Made by a program: the position numbers and the translations under genes
Source of the DNA: Acinetobacter phage Acj61
Sequence record: GU911519.1
Reading direction: 5' to 3' (one strand)
DNA length: 64,000 nucleotides
Notes under the pieces: generated by a model
Told to the model about the DNA's origin: nothing
The model's database searches: none
What the model saw: only the letters and a program-made list of their open reading frames with translations
Shown: piece by piece, positions 21,786-31,196 of the stretch
Layout of the letters: each line of letters begins with the position of its first letter
Position numbering within the stretch: position 1 is the first letter of the stretch

Positions 21786-23288
21786 ATGGCAGACATCAAC
21801 TTAGAATTTTATGACTACAGTTTTGTCTACATTGATGCACCTGACGGATTGTTCAGAGAAATTCGAGATTATTTTTCATTCTTCGCAGACGGGTATCAAT
21901 TTAGCAACAAATTCAAATATGGCACTTGGGATGGCAAAATTCGATTAGTTGAAAACGATCGATTGCTTCCTATTGGACTCGTAACTCAACTATGCAAATT
22001 CGCATCAAACAACGATCTATCAATTGCTGTACATCATGACGTCAAACATAAAAATAGTTTGAGTCGTGATCAATTCGATACATGGGTCAATTCAATGACA
22101 TACTGGTCTGGCAATCGTGAAATTATGCCTTATTGGTATCAAATGAATGCGGTCTATGAAGCTCTTGTTCACAAACGTCGAATTTTGAACTTGCCAACTT
22201 CTGCTGGTAAATCTTTGATTCAAGCTCTTTTGTCTAAAAAGACAATCGAAGAATCAGATCGTTCAGTACTCATTTTGGTTCCGACCACTGCTCTCGTTAC
22301 TCAAATGAAAGATGATTTTGTTGATTATCGATTGTTCAAAGCTGATGAGATTGCTGAAGTTCGTTCTGGATGCAAACAAACGAATGAACGCGTCGTAGTT
22401 GCAACATGGCAATCAGCTATCAAGAAACCTCAATCATGGTTCAATCAATTTGGTATGCTGTTATGTGATGAGATGCATCTTGCTATTGGTAAGTCGATTT
22501 CAACAATCATCAAAAAGTTAGCATATTGCGAATACAAGATCGGTTTGTCTGGTTCACTTCGTGATGGCAAAGCTAACTTGATGCAGTACGTCGGATTATT
22601 CGGTGAGATTTATAATCCTGTTTCAACAGCTGATTTGATGGCTGCAGGTCAAGTAACTCAGCTCAGAATCAATGCTTTGTTTTTGAAGTATCCTGAACAT
22701 GTTTCATCAACAATGAAATCTCTTGACTATGCTGCTGAAATCAAATTCATCACATCGCTCAACAAACGAACTCAATGGGTATCACGTCTTGCTGTTAAAC
22801 TAGCAAATCGTAATGAAAATGCATTTGTTATGTTTAAACATATTGAGCATGGTAAATCGATTTATGATGCAATTAAGAGTGCTGGACACGAGAAAGTGTA
22901 CTATGTATCGGGTGAAATTGATACTGATACACGAACAAAATTGAAGAAGATTGCAGAAGAACAAACAGGTGTCATTATTATTGCATCATATGGAGTGTTC
23001 TCAACTGGTATTTCTGTAAAGAATCTTCATCATGTCATTTTGGCTCATCCGGTTCGCTCAAAAGTTATTGTGCTTCAAACAATTGGCCGTGTGTTACGTA
23101 TTCACGGTTCAAAGAAATTAGCACAGATCTGGGATTTGATTGATGATATGTCACTCACTAAAGACAAACACGGAATCAAAACTCGAGTCAATGTCAACTA
23201 CGCTCTAAAGCACGGTGTTGAACGTATCGAAAGATATGGCCTTGAAAAATTTGACTACGTCATGAAAACTATCGAATTTTTGAAATAG
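21786..23288 (+). CDS. uvsW: UvsW RNA-DNA/DNA helicase (SF2)
   Basis: 500 aa from the ATG at 21786, which has an AGGAAA RBS. ILNLPTSAGKSLIQALL, LLCDEMH and QTIGRVLR align with T4 UvsW motifs I, II and VI. T4 UvsW is 502 aa. Confidence 0.95.
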   Translation: MADINLEFYDYSFVYIDAPDGLFREIRDYFSFFADGYQFSNKFKYGTWDGKIRLVENDRLLPIGLVTQLCKFASNNDLSIAVHHDVKHKNSLSRDQFDTWVNSMTYWSGNREIMPYWYQMNAVYEALVHKRRILNLPTSAGKSLIQALLSKKTIEESDRSVLILVPTTALVTQMKDDFVDYRLFKADEIAEVRSGCKQTNERVVVATWQSAIKKPQSWFNQFGMLLCDEMHLAIGKSISTIIKKLAYCEYKIGLSGSLRDGKANLMQYVGLFGEIYNPVSTADLMAAGQVTQLRINALFLKYPEHVSSTMKSLDYAAEIKFITSLNKRTQWVSRLAVKLANRNENAFVMFKHIEHGKSIYDAIKSAGHEKVYYVSGEIDTDTRTKLKKIAEEQTGVIIIASYGVFSTGISVKNLHHVILAHPVRSKVIVLQTIGRVLRIHGSKKLAQIWDLIDDMSLTKDKHGIKTRVNVNYALKHGVERIERYGLEKFDYVMKTIEFLK

Positions 23289-23290
23289 CA

Positions 23291-23317
23291 ATGGGACCTT
23301 TCGGTCCCATTTTTGTT
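23291..23317 (+). terminator. rho-independent terminator after uvsW
   Basis: The stem ATGGGACC tttc GGTCCCAT is followed by TTTTGTTG. Confidence 0.7.
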
Positions 23318-23318
23318 G

Positions 23319-23606
23319 CTAAGAAATAAGTTCGTCACATTCTTCACAAACAGTCATTGCAGCAATCTCATTGTGAACTCGAACATACGGGTCATGCCAG
23401 ATGTCACAGTTCTCACATAAGAATGTGTATTGTTCTAATGCATCGGTGAATATTTGACTGTGAACAACTTCAAAGTCGATTCCCAAATCTTCGAGAACTG
23501 AACGTATAGCACCAGTTTTGCCATGGGCTCCACCTGTCTCTTGACAGCCTTGAAGTTCATTTGCTATTTCGCGATATTGATCGTCGGTTGGATAAACTAA
23601 ACTCAT
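23319..23606 (-). CDS. hypothetical small zinc-ribbon protein
   Basis: 95 aa with the motifs CENCDIWHD...CEECDE. An ATGA overlap links it to the upstream ORF. Confidence 0.45.
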   Translation of the reverse strand: MSLVYPTDDQYREIANELQGCQETGGAHGKTGAIRSVLEDLGIDFEVVHSQIFTDALEQYTFLCENCDIWHDPYVRVHNEIAAMTVCEECDELIS

Positions 23607-23920
23607 TTGTACACCTTTTCGTCTACATAAAATTCTAACTCTTTAGTGACGCCATCAACAATGACTACACCACGTTCAAAATCAAACTCTTTAACAAGCA
23701 AACGAGTTTGCCATGGGTCGATGCCCCATCCCCAATCAAATTTACGATATGGGCAAACGTAATGAACGTTGGTGAGATTTTTACACCCGTCCATAGTAGC
23801 AAAATTCAATCCAGGTGCTCCAACGAATTGTACTACCCAGCGTTCTGACAAGTTGCGTACAGTCGGTTCGTCGCAAGTCAATTTAACTTGTTCTGCACGA
23901 AAAGATGATACCTTACCCAT
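23603..23920 (-). CDS. hypothetical protein
   Basis: 105 aa. An early-type promoter element lies upstream at 23948-23983. No similarity to UvsY was recognised. Confidence 0.45.
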   Translation of the reverse strand: MGKVSSFRAEQVKLTCDEPTVRNLSERWVVQFVGAPGLNFATMDGCKNLTNVHYVCPYRKFDWGWGIDPWQTRLLVKEFDFERGVVIVDGVTKELEFYVDEKVYK

Positions 23921-23982
23921 AATGTTTTACTCATTAATTGTTGATAGGACTATTATAACACAGTCCTATCTCGATGTAAACT

Positions 23983-24151
23983 GCTATAGCAACAATTCTG
24001 TTTCTAGAAGCACATCGCTATCGCTTTCAAAAACTGGCATCTGTTCTACATGCTGTAAGCATACACCAGGATGCACAGGACCATTTGCAGTTTCAACTAC
24101 TAACAAGTCATCAATAGGCTGCTTACACACAGCACAAATTTGCTTTTCCAT
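23983..24151 (-). CDS. possible small zinc-ribbon ORF (56 aa, below the track cutoff)
   Basis: An ATG with a GAGG RBS leads to MEKQICAVCKQPIDD...HPGVCLQH. It was found by manual translation only. Confidence 0.3.
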
Positions 24152-24316
24152 GATAATTCCTCTAAATTAATTTAACCAAGTCCATAACCATCTAATATCA
24201 TCTGAACACCTATCTATTCCGACCAAATAATAATGGGTGGATCTTAGCATTGATAGCATTGTATCATACAAATAAATACAGCATAGGCTCGCGAAAACCA
24301 AGTGTCTATTTTTTGA

Positions 24317-24715
24317 TCAAGCTAAGCCATTGCTAAGCTGTAACTTCAATGCTTCTAACGTGTCCGGGTTATCCAAAATGCTAAACCGTACGTCGACGAT
24401 AATTGTGTTAAGGTCATATTGTGGAATGACATTGACACCTAATCGCACGATTCGAGGCTCGTATGTTCTAACTGCAGCAGTGATACTCTTTTCAAGCGTG
24501 TTTGCTGTTAGAGGAGACAAGTTCTCAAATAATTGATCTGACATATCACAACCAAATTCTGGGTCAAAAGGTTTTGAACCTTTTCGTGTTGTGATAATCC
24601 CTAAAAGAGAGTTCTTGACAGCACGTGTGCCAACACTCTTTGCGACATCTCGGTTCCATGCCATTGACATTTCAGGCGAGATGTCTGTGTACATCTGATT
24701 GATTGATACGCTCAT
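24317..24715 (-). CDS. gp25: baseplate wedge protein gp25
   Basis: 132 aa, identical in length to T4 gp25. It lies adjacent to gp26 and is divergent from gp51, as in T4. Confidence 0.85.
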   Translation of the reverse strand: MSVSINQMYTDISPEMSMAWNRDVAKSVGTRAVKNSLLGIITTRKGSKPFDPEFGCDMSDQLFENLSPLTANTLEKSITAAVRTYEPRIVRLGVNVIPQYDLNTIIVDVRFSILDNPDTLEALKLQLSNGLA

Positions 24716-25359
24716 TATAAAATCCGAATGAATTCGCTAAAACCTTCAATGACGTGTACATGCTTCTTGCCGCATTTAGGACAAGTAATTGGCACCGCCA
24801 ACTGCACCTTTGGTGCTAATAAGAATTTTTTGATAGAATTAATATCATCAGGCGTAATAGCTTTGTGAATGTCATCGAGCTCGGATTCAGTCAATTCATC
24901 AACTGGAATTCGATCGTCGCCTACGTACGCAGCTTCAATTGCTTTAACGAGCATAAGAGGCACGTTGTCATCATCAAACAGTTCTGGCCAGTTGAATGAC
25001 AATTTAAAGTTCGGGAACGCATATAAATTTTCTGTGCTCTCGCCTTTGAAGTCAATACCTGCATGTGATAGATCGAGTTTGACTTGGAACTCGTGCTTAC
25101 ATTCACAGACATAATCCTGAAGAATTTCGTCTTGGTTGATGCTTCGTCCAATAAGATTAACGAGCAATAATTCTGCATCGTGTTTGGAAAGCTTAGAAGC
25201 ATTTGTGTATTTCTCGATAACTTCTCGAGACCATTTTTTGATCAAGTCTGAATTATCAGAGCCTCGTGACAGCAGCAATTTCACATAGTCTTCTAACGTG
25301 ATTGTTGTACACTCGACAGTTTGATCACTAAGTTTAACGCTAAATTTTGTTTCGTACAT
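24715..25359 (-). CDS. gp26: baseplate hub subunit gp26
   Basis: 214 aa from the ATG at 25359, versus 208 aa for T4 gp26. The track start at 25371 is a GTG. A late promoter on the minus strand lies at 25381-25388. Confidence 0.7.
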   Translation of the reverse strand: MYETKFSVKLSDQTVECTTITLEDYVKLLLSRGSDNSDLIKKWSREVIEKYTNASKLSKHDAELLLVNLIGRSINQDEILQDYVCECKHEFQVKLDLSHAGIDFKGESTENLYAFPNFKLSFNWPELFDDDNVPLMLVKAIEAAYVGDDRIPVDELTESELDDIHKAITPDDINSIKKFLLAPKVQLAVPITCPKCGKKHVHVIEGFSEFIRIL

Positions 25360-25380
25360 AATAGTCACCACTTTATTGAG

Positions 25381-25392
25381 TATTTATAAATA
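25381..25392. promoter_or_regulatory. palindromic divergent late promoters TATTTATAAATA: the minus-strand octamer (25381-25388) serves gp26/25 and the plus-strand octamer (25385-25392) serves gp51
   Basis: Two exact, overlapping TATAAATA octamers lie on opposite strands. Confidence 0.55.
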
Positions 25393-25412
25393 TTTTAAAC
25401 ACGGAGGCTTGT

Positions 25413-26171
25413 ATGGCTAATATTATTCGATGCAAACTACCTGATGGCATTCATCGTTTCAAACCATTCACAGTGGCTGATTATCGAGATTTCTTGTTAG
25501 TGCGCAACGACATGCTTTCTAAAGAGATCAAAGAGCAAAAAGAACTTGTCAATGAACTGGCTGCTGATTATTTCAGTGAGTACCCAGAAACTTGGCAGCA
25601 ATACATTTTCTTGAATGTGTTCACAGGCTCGATCGGCAAAACGAAAATTCCAATTGTGTATGATTGTCCTAAATGTGGCAAAACACATAAGAGAATCTTC
25701 AATCTCGAGCAAGAACCACTAAGTGACCCAATACTTGAAATCAATGAAAGCACATCAGTACATTTCAAATTCCCTGAAGTCAATTCTGAAAACTTGCAAG
25801 AGTTAGTACTTCAAAATATCAAAGGCGTTACTCATGACGAAAAATTCTATGAGTGGTCTTCTCTTGATGAGCAAACAAAAGAGAATATTATTGATAGCAT
25901 TGATTTTGAATCGTTCGAGAAATTGATCAAGAATTTGAAGCCTATTCACTTTCAACTTAAATTGAAATGCTGTGGTAATGAGTCAAAAATTGTGTATGAT
26001 GACTTGCATTCAGTTTTCAATTTGCTAATTAATCCAGATGAAGTCTTTTCATTCTACGAGATCAATCACATTCTGATCAAGAACAAGTATGATCAACAAG
26101 CAGTGATGAACATGATTCCGATTGAACGAAGTATGGCTCTATCACTTATTGAAAGGGACAATAAAAAATGA
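25413..26171 (+). CDS. gp51: baseplate hub assembly catalyst gp51
   Basis: 252 aa, versus 249 aa for T4 gp51. An ATGA overlap links it to gp27. Confidence 0.75.
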   Translation: MANIIRCKLPDGIHRFKPFTVADYRDFLLVRNDMLSKEIKEQKELVNELAADYFSEYPETWQQYIFLNVFTGSIGKTKIPIVYDCPKCGKTHKRIFNLEQEPLSDPILEINESTSVHFKFPEVNSENLQELVLQNIKGVTHDEKFYEWSSLDEQTKENIIDSIDFESFEKLIKNLKPIHFQLKLKCCGNESKIVYDDLHSVFNLLINPDEVFSFYEINHILIKNKYDQQAVMNMIPIERSMALSLIERDNKK

Positions 26172-27754
26172 CAACTATGCAGAAGCCTGGGTATCCTAAC
26201 GTCAGTATCAAATTATACGAAAGTTACGATGCTTGGAAAGAAAATCGATTTGTTGAACTTGGCGCTACGTTCACAACACTCACTATTCGTGATGGGCTGT
26301 TCGGGCGAAATGAAGGCATGTTGCAATTCTATGACAATAAGAACATTCATACAAAAATGGATGGCGAACAGATTATTCAAATCTCATTGTCAAATGCTAA
26401 CACAAATGATGTCTTCAACCGAATTTATGGCATCAAACACTTTGCGACATCAGTCGATGAAAAAGGTGACAACATTATCGGTGTCGACTTAGCTCCATTG
26501 CACATTGTTGAACACTTGAAATTTTCTCGTGCGTTCTTTGCCAACGCTACTGAATCGATTCAAGAAATGATTCGAGTCATCTACGCTAAACGAGCCGAGA
26601 TTGCTCCTAAAGTTGAAGGAATCAACGTCTACGTACCTAAAGTTGCTTGGGTCAATGATATCGAAATGTACATGGACTATGTACGTGAGATCGGCATGGC
26701 TGTTGAATCAGAGACATTCGTATTCGCATGGGAAGACATGATCGGAATTCACTTACAGGACTACAAACAAATCAGCGAACAAGAAGCTCGTAAAATGGTT
26801 GTAGGTGACATCAATCAAATTGGTACATTCGTCCAGTCAATGGATATTGGACTTGCATACGAGTTTGTATGGCTTTCAAAAGCTAATAGATACGATCGTA
26901 ATCCAATGGAGAACGTGACGATTTATTCTCACTCATTCAATGACAAAGAAATCCAACGTGTGACACAAGACGAAGGTGCTAACTCGATTTATGTAACTCG
27001 TTCTGGCGGATATTCTGACATGACATATCGTAATGGATATGAAGAAGCTATTCGATTGCTTACAATGGCTCAATATGATGGTTATGCTCAGTGCAAAACT
27101 GTCGGTGATTTCACAATTCGTCCTGGCATGAAAATCAATTTTGGTGATCAGAAAAATCAGTTCAAGACTGATTTCTACGTCGATGAAGTCATTCATGAAA
27201 TTTCTAACAACTCATCTGTAACGAACATGTATATGTTCACTAACGGTAAGGCATTAAAACCTGTGGAAATCGAAAAAATCAAAAATGAAATTCCTACTTT
27301 GGAAACACCGAGCGAATCTGTTCAGCCTGAACCATCTGGCGACATTAAAGGTTCTGACTGGGACCTTGATAAAATGGCAACAGTTGTTACAAAGAATGCT
27401 CAAGGACGTAGTTCGACTGGTGATTGTGCATTATATGTTCGTAAAGCATTACAAGCATCTCAAATCAAACAGTTCTTTGCTGGTGGACTTGGACACGCTA
27501 ACCAAATGCCAACTCAACTTATTCGAATGAACTGGGTTGCGGTAGGCCAAAATGTAACCTCATGGAAGAAAGGCGACATCGTTGTTTTCCAACGAACAAA
27601 TACACGACTTGGACAAAAATATGGTCATGTTGCTATTTTCAACGGCTCACAGTGGGTATCAGATTTCATTCAACCAAGCGTCCAACCAAATCTAAAAGAT
27701 AATTTAACGTACACGCTGTACAGAGCTCGTTACGGCTACACTAAAGGTGCATAA
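26168..27754 (+). CDS. gp27: baseplate hub protein gp27 fused to a C-terminal CHAP/NlpC-P60-like cysteine peptidase domain
   Basis: 528 aa, versus 391 aa for T4 gp27. The N-terminus MTTMQKPGYPNVSIKLYESYDAWKENRFVELGATF is gp27-like. Residues approximately 395-528 (STGDCALYVRKAL...YGHVAIFNG) carry the Cys...His signature of CHAP-type amidases/peptidases, after a Pro/Glu-rich linker ETPSESVQPEPSGD. Confidence 0.8.
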   Translation: MTTMQKPGYPNVSIKLYESYDAWKENRFVELGATFTTLTIRDGLFGRNEGMLQFYDNKNIHTKMDGEQIIQISLSNANTNDVFNRIYGIKHFATSVDEKGDNIIGVDLAPLHIVEHLKFSRAFFANATESIQEMIRVIYAKRAEIAPKVEGINVYVPKVAWVNDIEMYMDYVREIGMAVESETFVFAWEDMIGIHLQDYKQISEQEARKMVVGDINQIGTFVQSMDIGLAYEFVWLSKANRYDRNPMENVTIYSHSFNDKEIQRVTQDEGANSIYVTRSGGYSDMTYRNGYEEAIRLLTMAQYDGYAQCKTVGDFTIRPGMKINFGDQKNQFKTDFYVDEVIHEISNNSSVTNMYMFTNGKALKPVEIEKIKNEIPTLETPSESVQPEPSGDIKGSDWDLDKMATVVTKNAQGRSSTGDCALYVRKALQASQIKQFFAGGLGHANQMPTQLIRMNWVAVGQNVTSWKKGDIVVFQRTNTRLGQKYGHVAIFNGSQWVSDFIQPSVQPNLKDNLTYTLYRARYGYTKGA

Positions 27755-28312
27755 ATGAACAAAATCAATTTAGACATTCGTCCAGTATTTCGTATGCTTT
27801 CAATTAATGGCAAAGACATCAAGATTCCTCGTCTCGGTTTAAAGCACCACGCAATTTTAAAGGACCCTAATGATCACGAGGACGCTATGAAAAAATTGAT
27901 GGCGTCTATCCATCCTAATTTATCTGCTGCAGAACGTGATTTGGTATCACTTCATTTGTTGGCATATAATGAACGTCTGAAACACTCAGTGGTCATTGAT
28001 GGCAATACATATACGGTGGATGATGTAATTATCAATCAAAAACTCAGATTCAATATAGGTGAAACTGAGTTCAAGTTCAAAACACCGAAACTTGAGAACT
28101 TGAATGCTACAATCCCGGAATTGTTACGTTCAAGTTGTGTGAGTGTTAAAGATGGTAATGGAAATCCACAGGAAATTCCAGACTTCTTACAAATGCCTGC
28201 ATATACATACAAATGGGCTGATGACATCTGTTCAACTATTGAACTTCGTACTTCTACAGGTAGTGTCAAAGGTCTTTATAAATTAATGGAGCTATTCGAT
28301 GGCGCAGCCTAA
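27755..28312 (+). CDS. gp28: baseplate hub distal subunit gp28
   Basis: 185 aa, versus 177 aa for T4 gp28. It is supported by synteny. Confidence 0.75.
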   Translation: MNKINLDIRPVFRMLSINGKDIKIPRLGLKHHAILKDPNDHEDAMKKLMASIHPNLSAAERDLVSLHLLAYNERLKHSVVIDGNTYTVDDVIINQKLRFNIGETEFKFKTPKLENLNATIPELLRSSCVSVKDGNGNPQEIPDFLQMPAYTYKWADDICSTIELRTSTGSVKGLYKLMELFDGAA

Positions 28313-30092
28313 TCCACCAAAATCAGAACTTTTAGGAGTCAGTGGAGCAAATGATGAAGCAGTTACACGTAACGTACCAGCGCCTTTGAAGCGTCCGGCT
28401 GCTCAAACATCGTTTCGAAAAACACCAGCTCCTGATATGAAGGCAGCAAATGATGCATTAGATGATATTCGTGATCAAGTCTCTGATAAAGCTGACGATC
28501 CAATCGATACTCTTGATGCATCAAAACAGTCATTGGCATCTATTGACAATAAGATGTCACAACAAATCTCTGATAATTTAGCAAGTTCGATTGTTCAACG
28601 CCGATATGAAGGTACAATGATTGGCGAGACACAGAATATTTCTGCTAAGTTATCTTTGCTGTTAGGTAAATTGACCGAGATGCATGTTGATGCACAAGTC
28701 GAAGCAGCACAAAAGGATAACATCAAGTCTGAGCCAACTACATCTGAAGTGATTGGAGACTTGATCAAAAAGGAACAGCCAGAGCAAAAACCTGAAATTG
28801 CTGAAAAAATTCTCCCAACAGAAGAAAAGCCATCAACTAAATTACTTGATGAAAATGCTGGTAAGTCCGGCAAAGAGTTAGTTGGTAAAGCAAATCCAAT
28901 TGTGATGGGACTTGATAAAGTTGGTGGTCTATTAAAGACTGGCTTCAAATCAAGTATCGGAGTCATGGACAAAATTTCTGGTATGTTGTTCAAGTTCACA
29001 GCTACCCAAGCAATCAATGCAGCTAAAGTCGCAGCAGCGATCTTTGCAATTATTCTTGCTATCGATTTGATCAAAATTTACTGGTCAGTCTGGGGCGAGA
29101 AAATTATGGCTAAGTTGTCTGAATGGGCTGAAATTTTCAAAGGTTGGTGGGATACATTTACCGACTGGGGCTCTCAATTTTCTGACTTCAAGACAGCATT
29201 TGAAGGTATGGGTGCTAATTTGATGGAAATCAAAAATGCTTGGGTATCAGGAGATTTTCCTGCTCTGGCTAAAGCACTTGGTAATGCAATCATTGATATG
29301 GGCAAGACAATTTCGGGTATCATTGGCCGAACTCTGGCATCGCTTTTTGGTCCTCTGTTGCGAAAATTAGGCTTTGGAGAAACTGCTGATAATCTCGAAG
29401 CTGCTGGTCTGCGTCATTATCAAAATATGACTGACAACCGATTGAGTCCAGAGAACCAACGAAAACTTGCTGAAAATCAGGTCAAGCAAGAAGCTAAAGA
29501 TGGCAAAACAGCTACTGAACGTGGAATGACTGATTTCTTGCCTAACACATGGCGTAACAAACTTGGATTTATTTCCGATAACGAATTGAGTCAAATCAAT
29601 GCAGAGAAGAAAGATCAAAGTGCTCGTTCGAATTTATCACAAGAGCAAAAAGTTGATTCTGTTGCAGCTACAAATGAAGCTCGAGAAGCAATTGCCCGAT
29701 ATAAGAAATTTGCAGATGCAGCTAACCCTGATAATGCCGGAGATATGGCCAAAGTTGATAAATACAAGAAAGAAGCCGCACAATACTTGAGCAATAAAGC
29801 TCTGGATTTGACACCTTCAATCAAGTCTGAACTTCAAACGCAATACAACGCGATTAAAGTCAAGTCTAAAAAGGACGATGTCAAACCAGAAACTTCAGCA
29901 GCGAGTAAAGACACTCAAACCGTCAACTCGATCAAAACTGCCGAAGCAGCTAAAGCTAATCAGCAAACACAACAAACTAACGTCGCAAACGTTCAGAATA
30001 ATGTTGTCAAGAATAGCAAAACTGTTCATGTTCAGGCTCCAACAACTAGTACACGAGCTCCAGGTGTCCATAAGGCTACCGGAGTCAACTAA
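28299..30092 (+). CDS. gp29: baseplate hub / tail length determinator (tape measure) gp29
   Basis: 597 aa, versus 590 aa for T4 gp29. It is helical and Ala/Lys-rich with a hydrophobic central segment. Confidence 0.8.
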   Translation: MAQPNPPKSELLGVSGANDEAVTRNVPAPLKRPAAQTSFRKTPAPDMKAANDALDDIRDQVSDKADDPIDTLDASKQSLASIDNKMSQQISDNLASSIVQRRYEGTMIGETQNISAKLSLLLGKLTEMHVDAQVEAAQKDNIKSEPTTSEVIGDLIKKEQPEQKPEIAEKILPTEEKPSTKLLDENAGKSGKELVGKANPIVMGLDKVGGLLKTGFKSSIGVMDKISGMLFKFTATQAINAAKVAAAIFAIILAIDLIKIYWSVWGEKIMAKLSEWAEIFKGWWDTFTDWGSQFSDFKTAFEGMGANLMEIKNAWVSGDFPALAKALGNAIIDMGKTISGIIGRTLASLFGPLLRKLGFGETADNLEAAGLRHYQNMTDNRLSPENQRKLAENQVKQEAKDGKTATERGMTDFLPNTWRNKLGFISDNELSQINAEKKDQSARSNLSQEQKVDSVAATNEAREAIARYKKFADAANPDNAGDMAKVDKYKKEAAQYLSNKALDLTPSIKSELQTQYNAIKVKSKKDDVKPETSAASKDTQTVNSIKTAEAAKANQQTQQTNVANVQNNVVKNSKTVHVQAPTTSTRAPGVHKATGVN

Positions 30093-30101
30093 GGAATAAG
30101 T

Positions 30102-31196
30102 ATGTTAGTAAAAGAAATCGTAGATTCCGAAACTAACCTCATCGAGCGAATCGGTAGCTTTGTTGCTGCCGGTCGCAGCTCAAAAGAGGAAGAATCAAAG
30201 ACAAAAATCTTTGAAGCACAATATCCCGATGGACGTGCAGCAGCGACAGATTCTGTTGACGATGCACGAATCCAAGACCTTTATGCAAATGGTTTGCTGT
30301 TCACTGCTGTCGAGTACAAAGGACGTACAACTCCTGAAATGACCGACATGCGTGGACAAGTAATGAAGAATATGGTCGATGCTATTGATCAAGCCAAAGG
30401 TGTCTTCAATCAACTTCGTGGTAAGAGCGGTGGCAATAAGAAAATTTCAAGTGCCATCAAAAATCCAGTTTGTCAAATTTTGTTGCCTCGTTCAAAGACA
30501 GACACTGACACAATTTCTCACAAGTTCAATGATGTTAATGAATCTCTTATCACACGTGGTAACGGTACAGCAACAGGCATCTTGTCGAACTTAGCATCAA
30601 CAGCAGTTTTTGGTGCAGTTGAGTCAATTTCACAAGGCGTTATGGCTGACCATGGTGAGCAAATTTATAACACATCACGTGCAATGTATGGCGGTGCTGA
30701 AAATCGTACAAAGACATACACATGGGAATTGACACCTCGAACTGAAGGTGACTTAGTACAAATCATTCGAATTTATGAGTTGTTCTCTTTCTTTTCATAT
30801 GGCGTGACAGGTAACTCTGCCTATGCTAAAGAAATCAAAGGACAAATTGATGATTGGTACAAAAAGACATTCATCAATAATTTGACACCAGAAGGTGCAG
30901 ATCGATCTGGGACAATGATGGAATCTGTTACTTCATTCTTGTCGAACGTGATTGTTGTCTCTAATCCGACAGTTTGGTTCATTCAAAACTTCGGTACAAT
31001 GACTACATACGATAAGCATGCTGACGTGTTTGGCCCAGCTCAAATTTCAAACATTCGTTTTGATAAAGCACCTGATGGAAATTTCAGTGGTCTTGCTATT
31101 GCACCTAACATGCCATCAACATTCGTATTAGAAATCACATTCCGAGAAATTCTTACACTTAACCGTGGCTCATTATATGGACGAGACGTACTATGA
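30102..31196 (+). CDS. gp48: baseplate tail-tube cap gp48
   Basis: 364 aa, identical in length to T4 gp48. Confidence 0.8.
   Translation: MLVKEIVDSETNLIERIGSFVAAGRSSKEEESKTKIFEAQYPDGRAAATDSVDDARIQDLYANGLLFTAVEYKGRTTPEMTDMRGQVMKNMVDAIDQAKGVFNQLRGKSGGNKKISSAIKNPVCQILLPRSKTDTDTISHKFNDVNESLITRGNGTATGILSNLASTAVFGAVESISQGVMADHGEQIYNTSRAMYGGAENRTKTYTWELTPRTEGDLVQIIRIYELFSFFSYGVTGNSAYAKEIKGQIDDWYKKTFINNLTPEGADRSGTMMESVTSFLSNVIVVSNPTVWFIQNFGTMTTYDKHADVFGPAQISNIRFDKAPDGNFSGLAIAPNMPSTFVLEITFREILTLNRGSLYGRDVL

Noticed and set aside
28595-29074. 159-aa minus-strand ORF inside gp29
   Set aside because: It is antisense to gp29. Its hydrophobic, Ala/Ile-rich translation mirrors the hydrophobic segment of gp29. 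It is a frame artefact.
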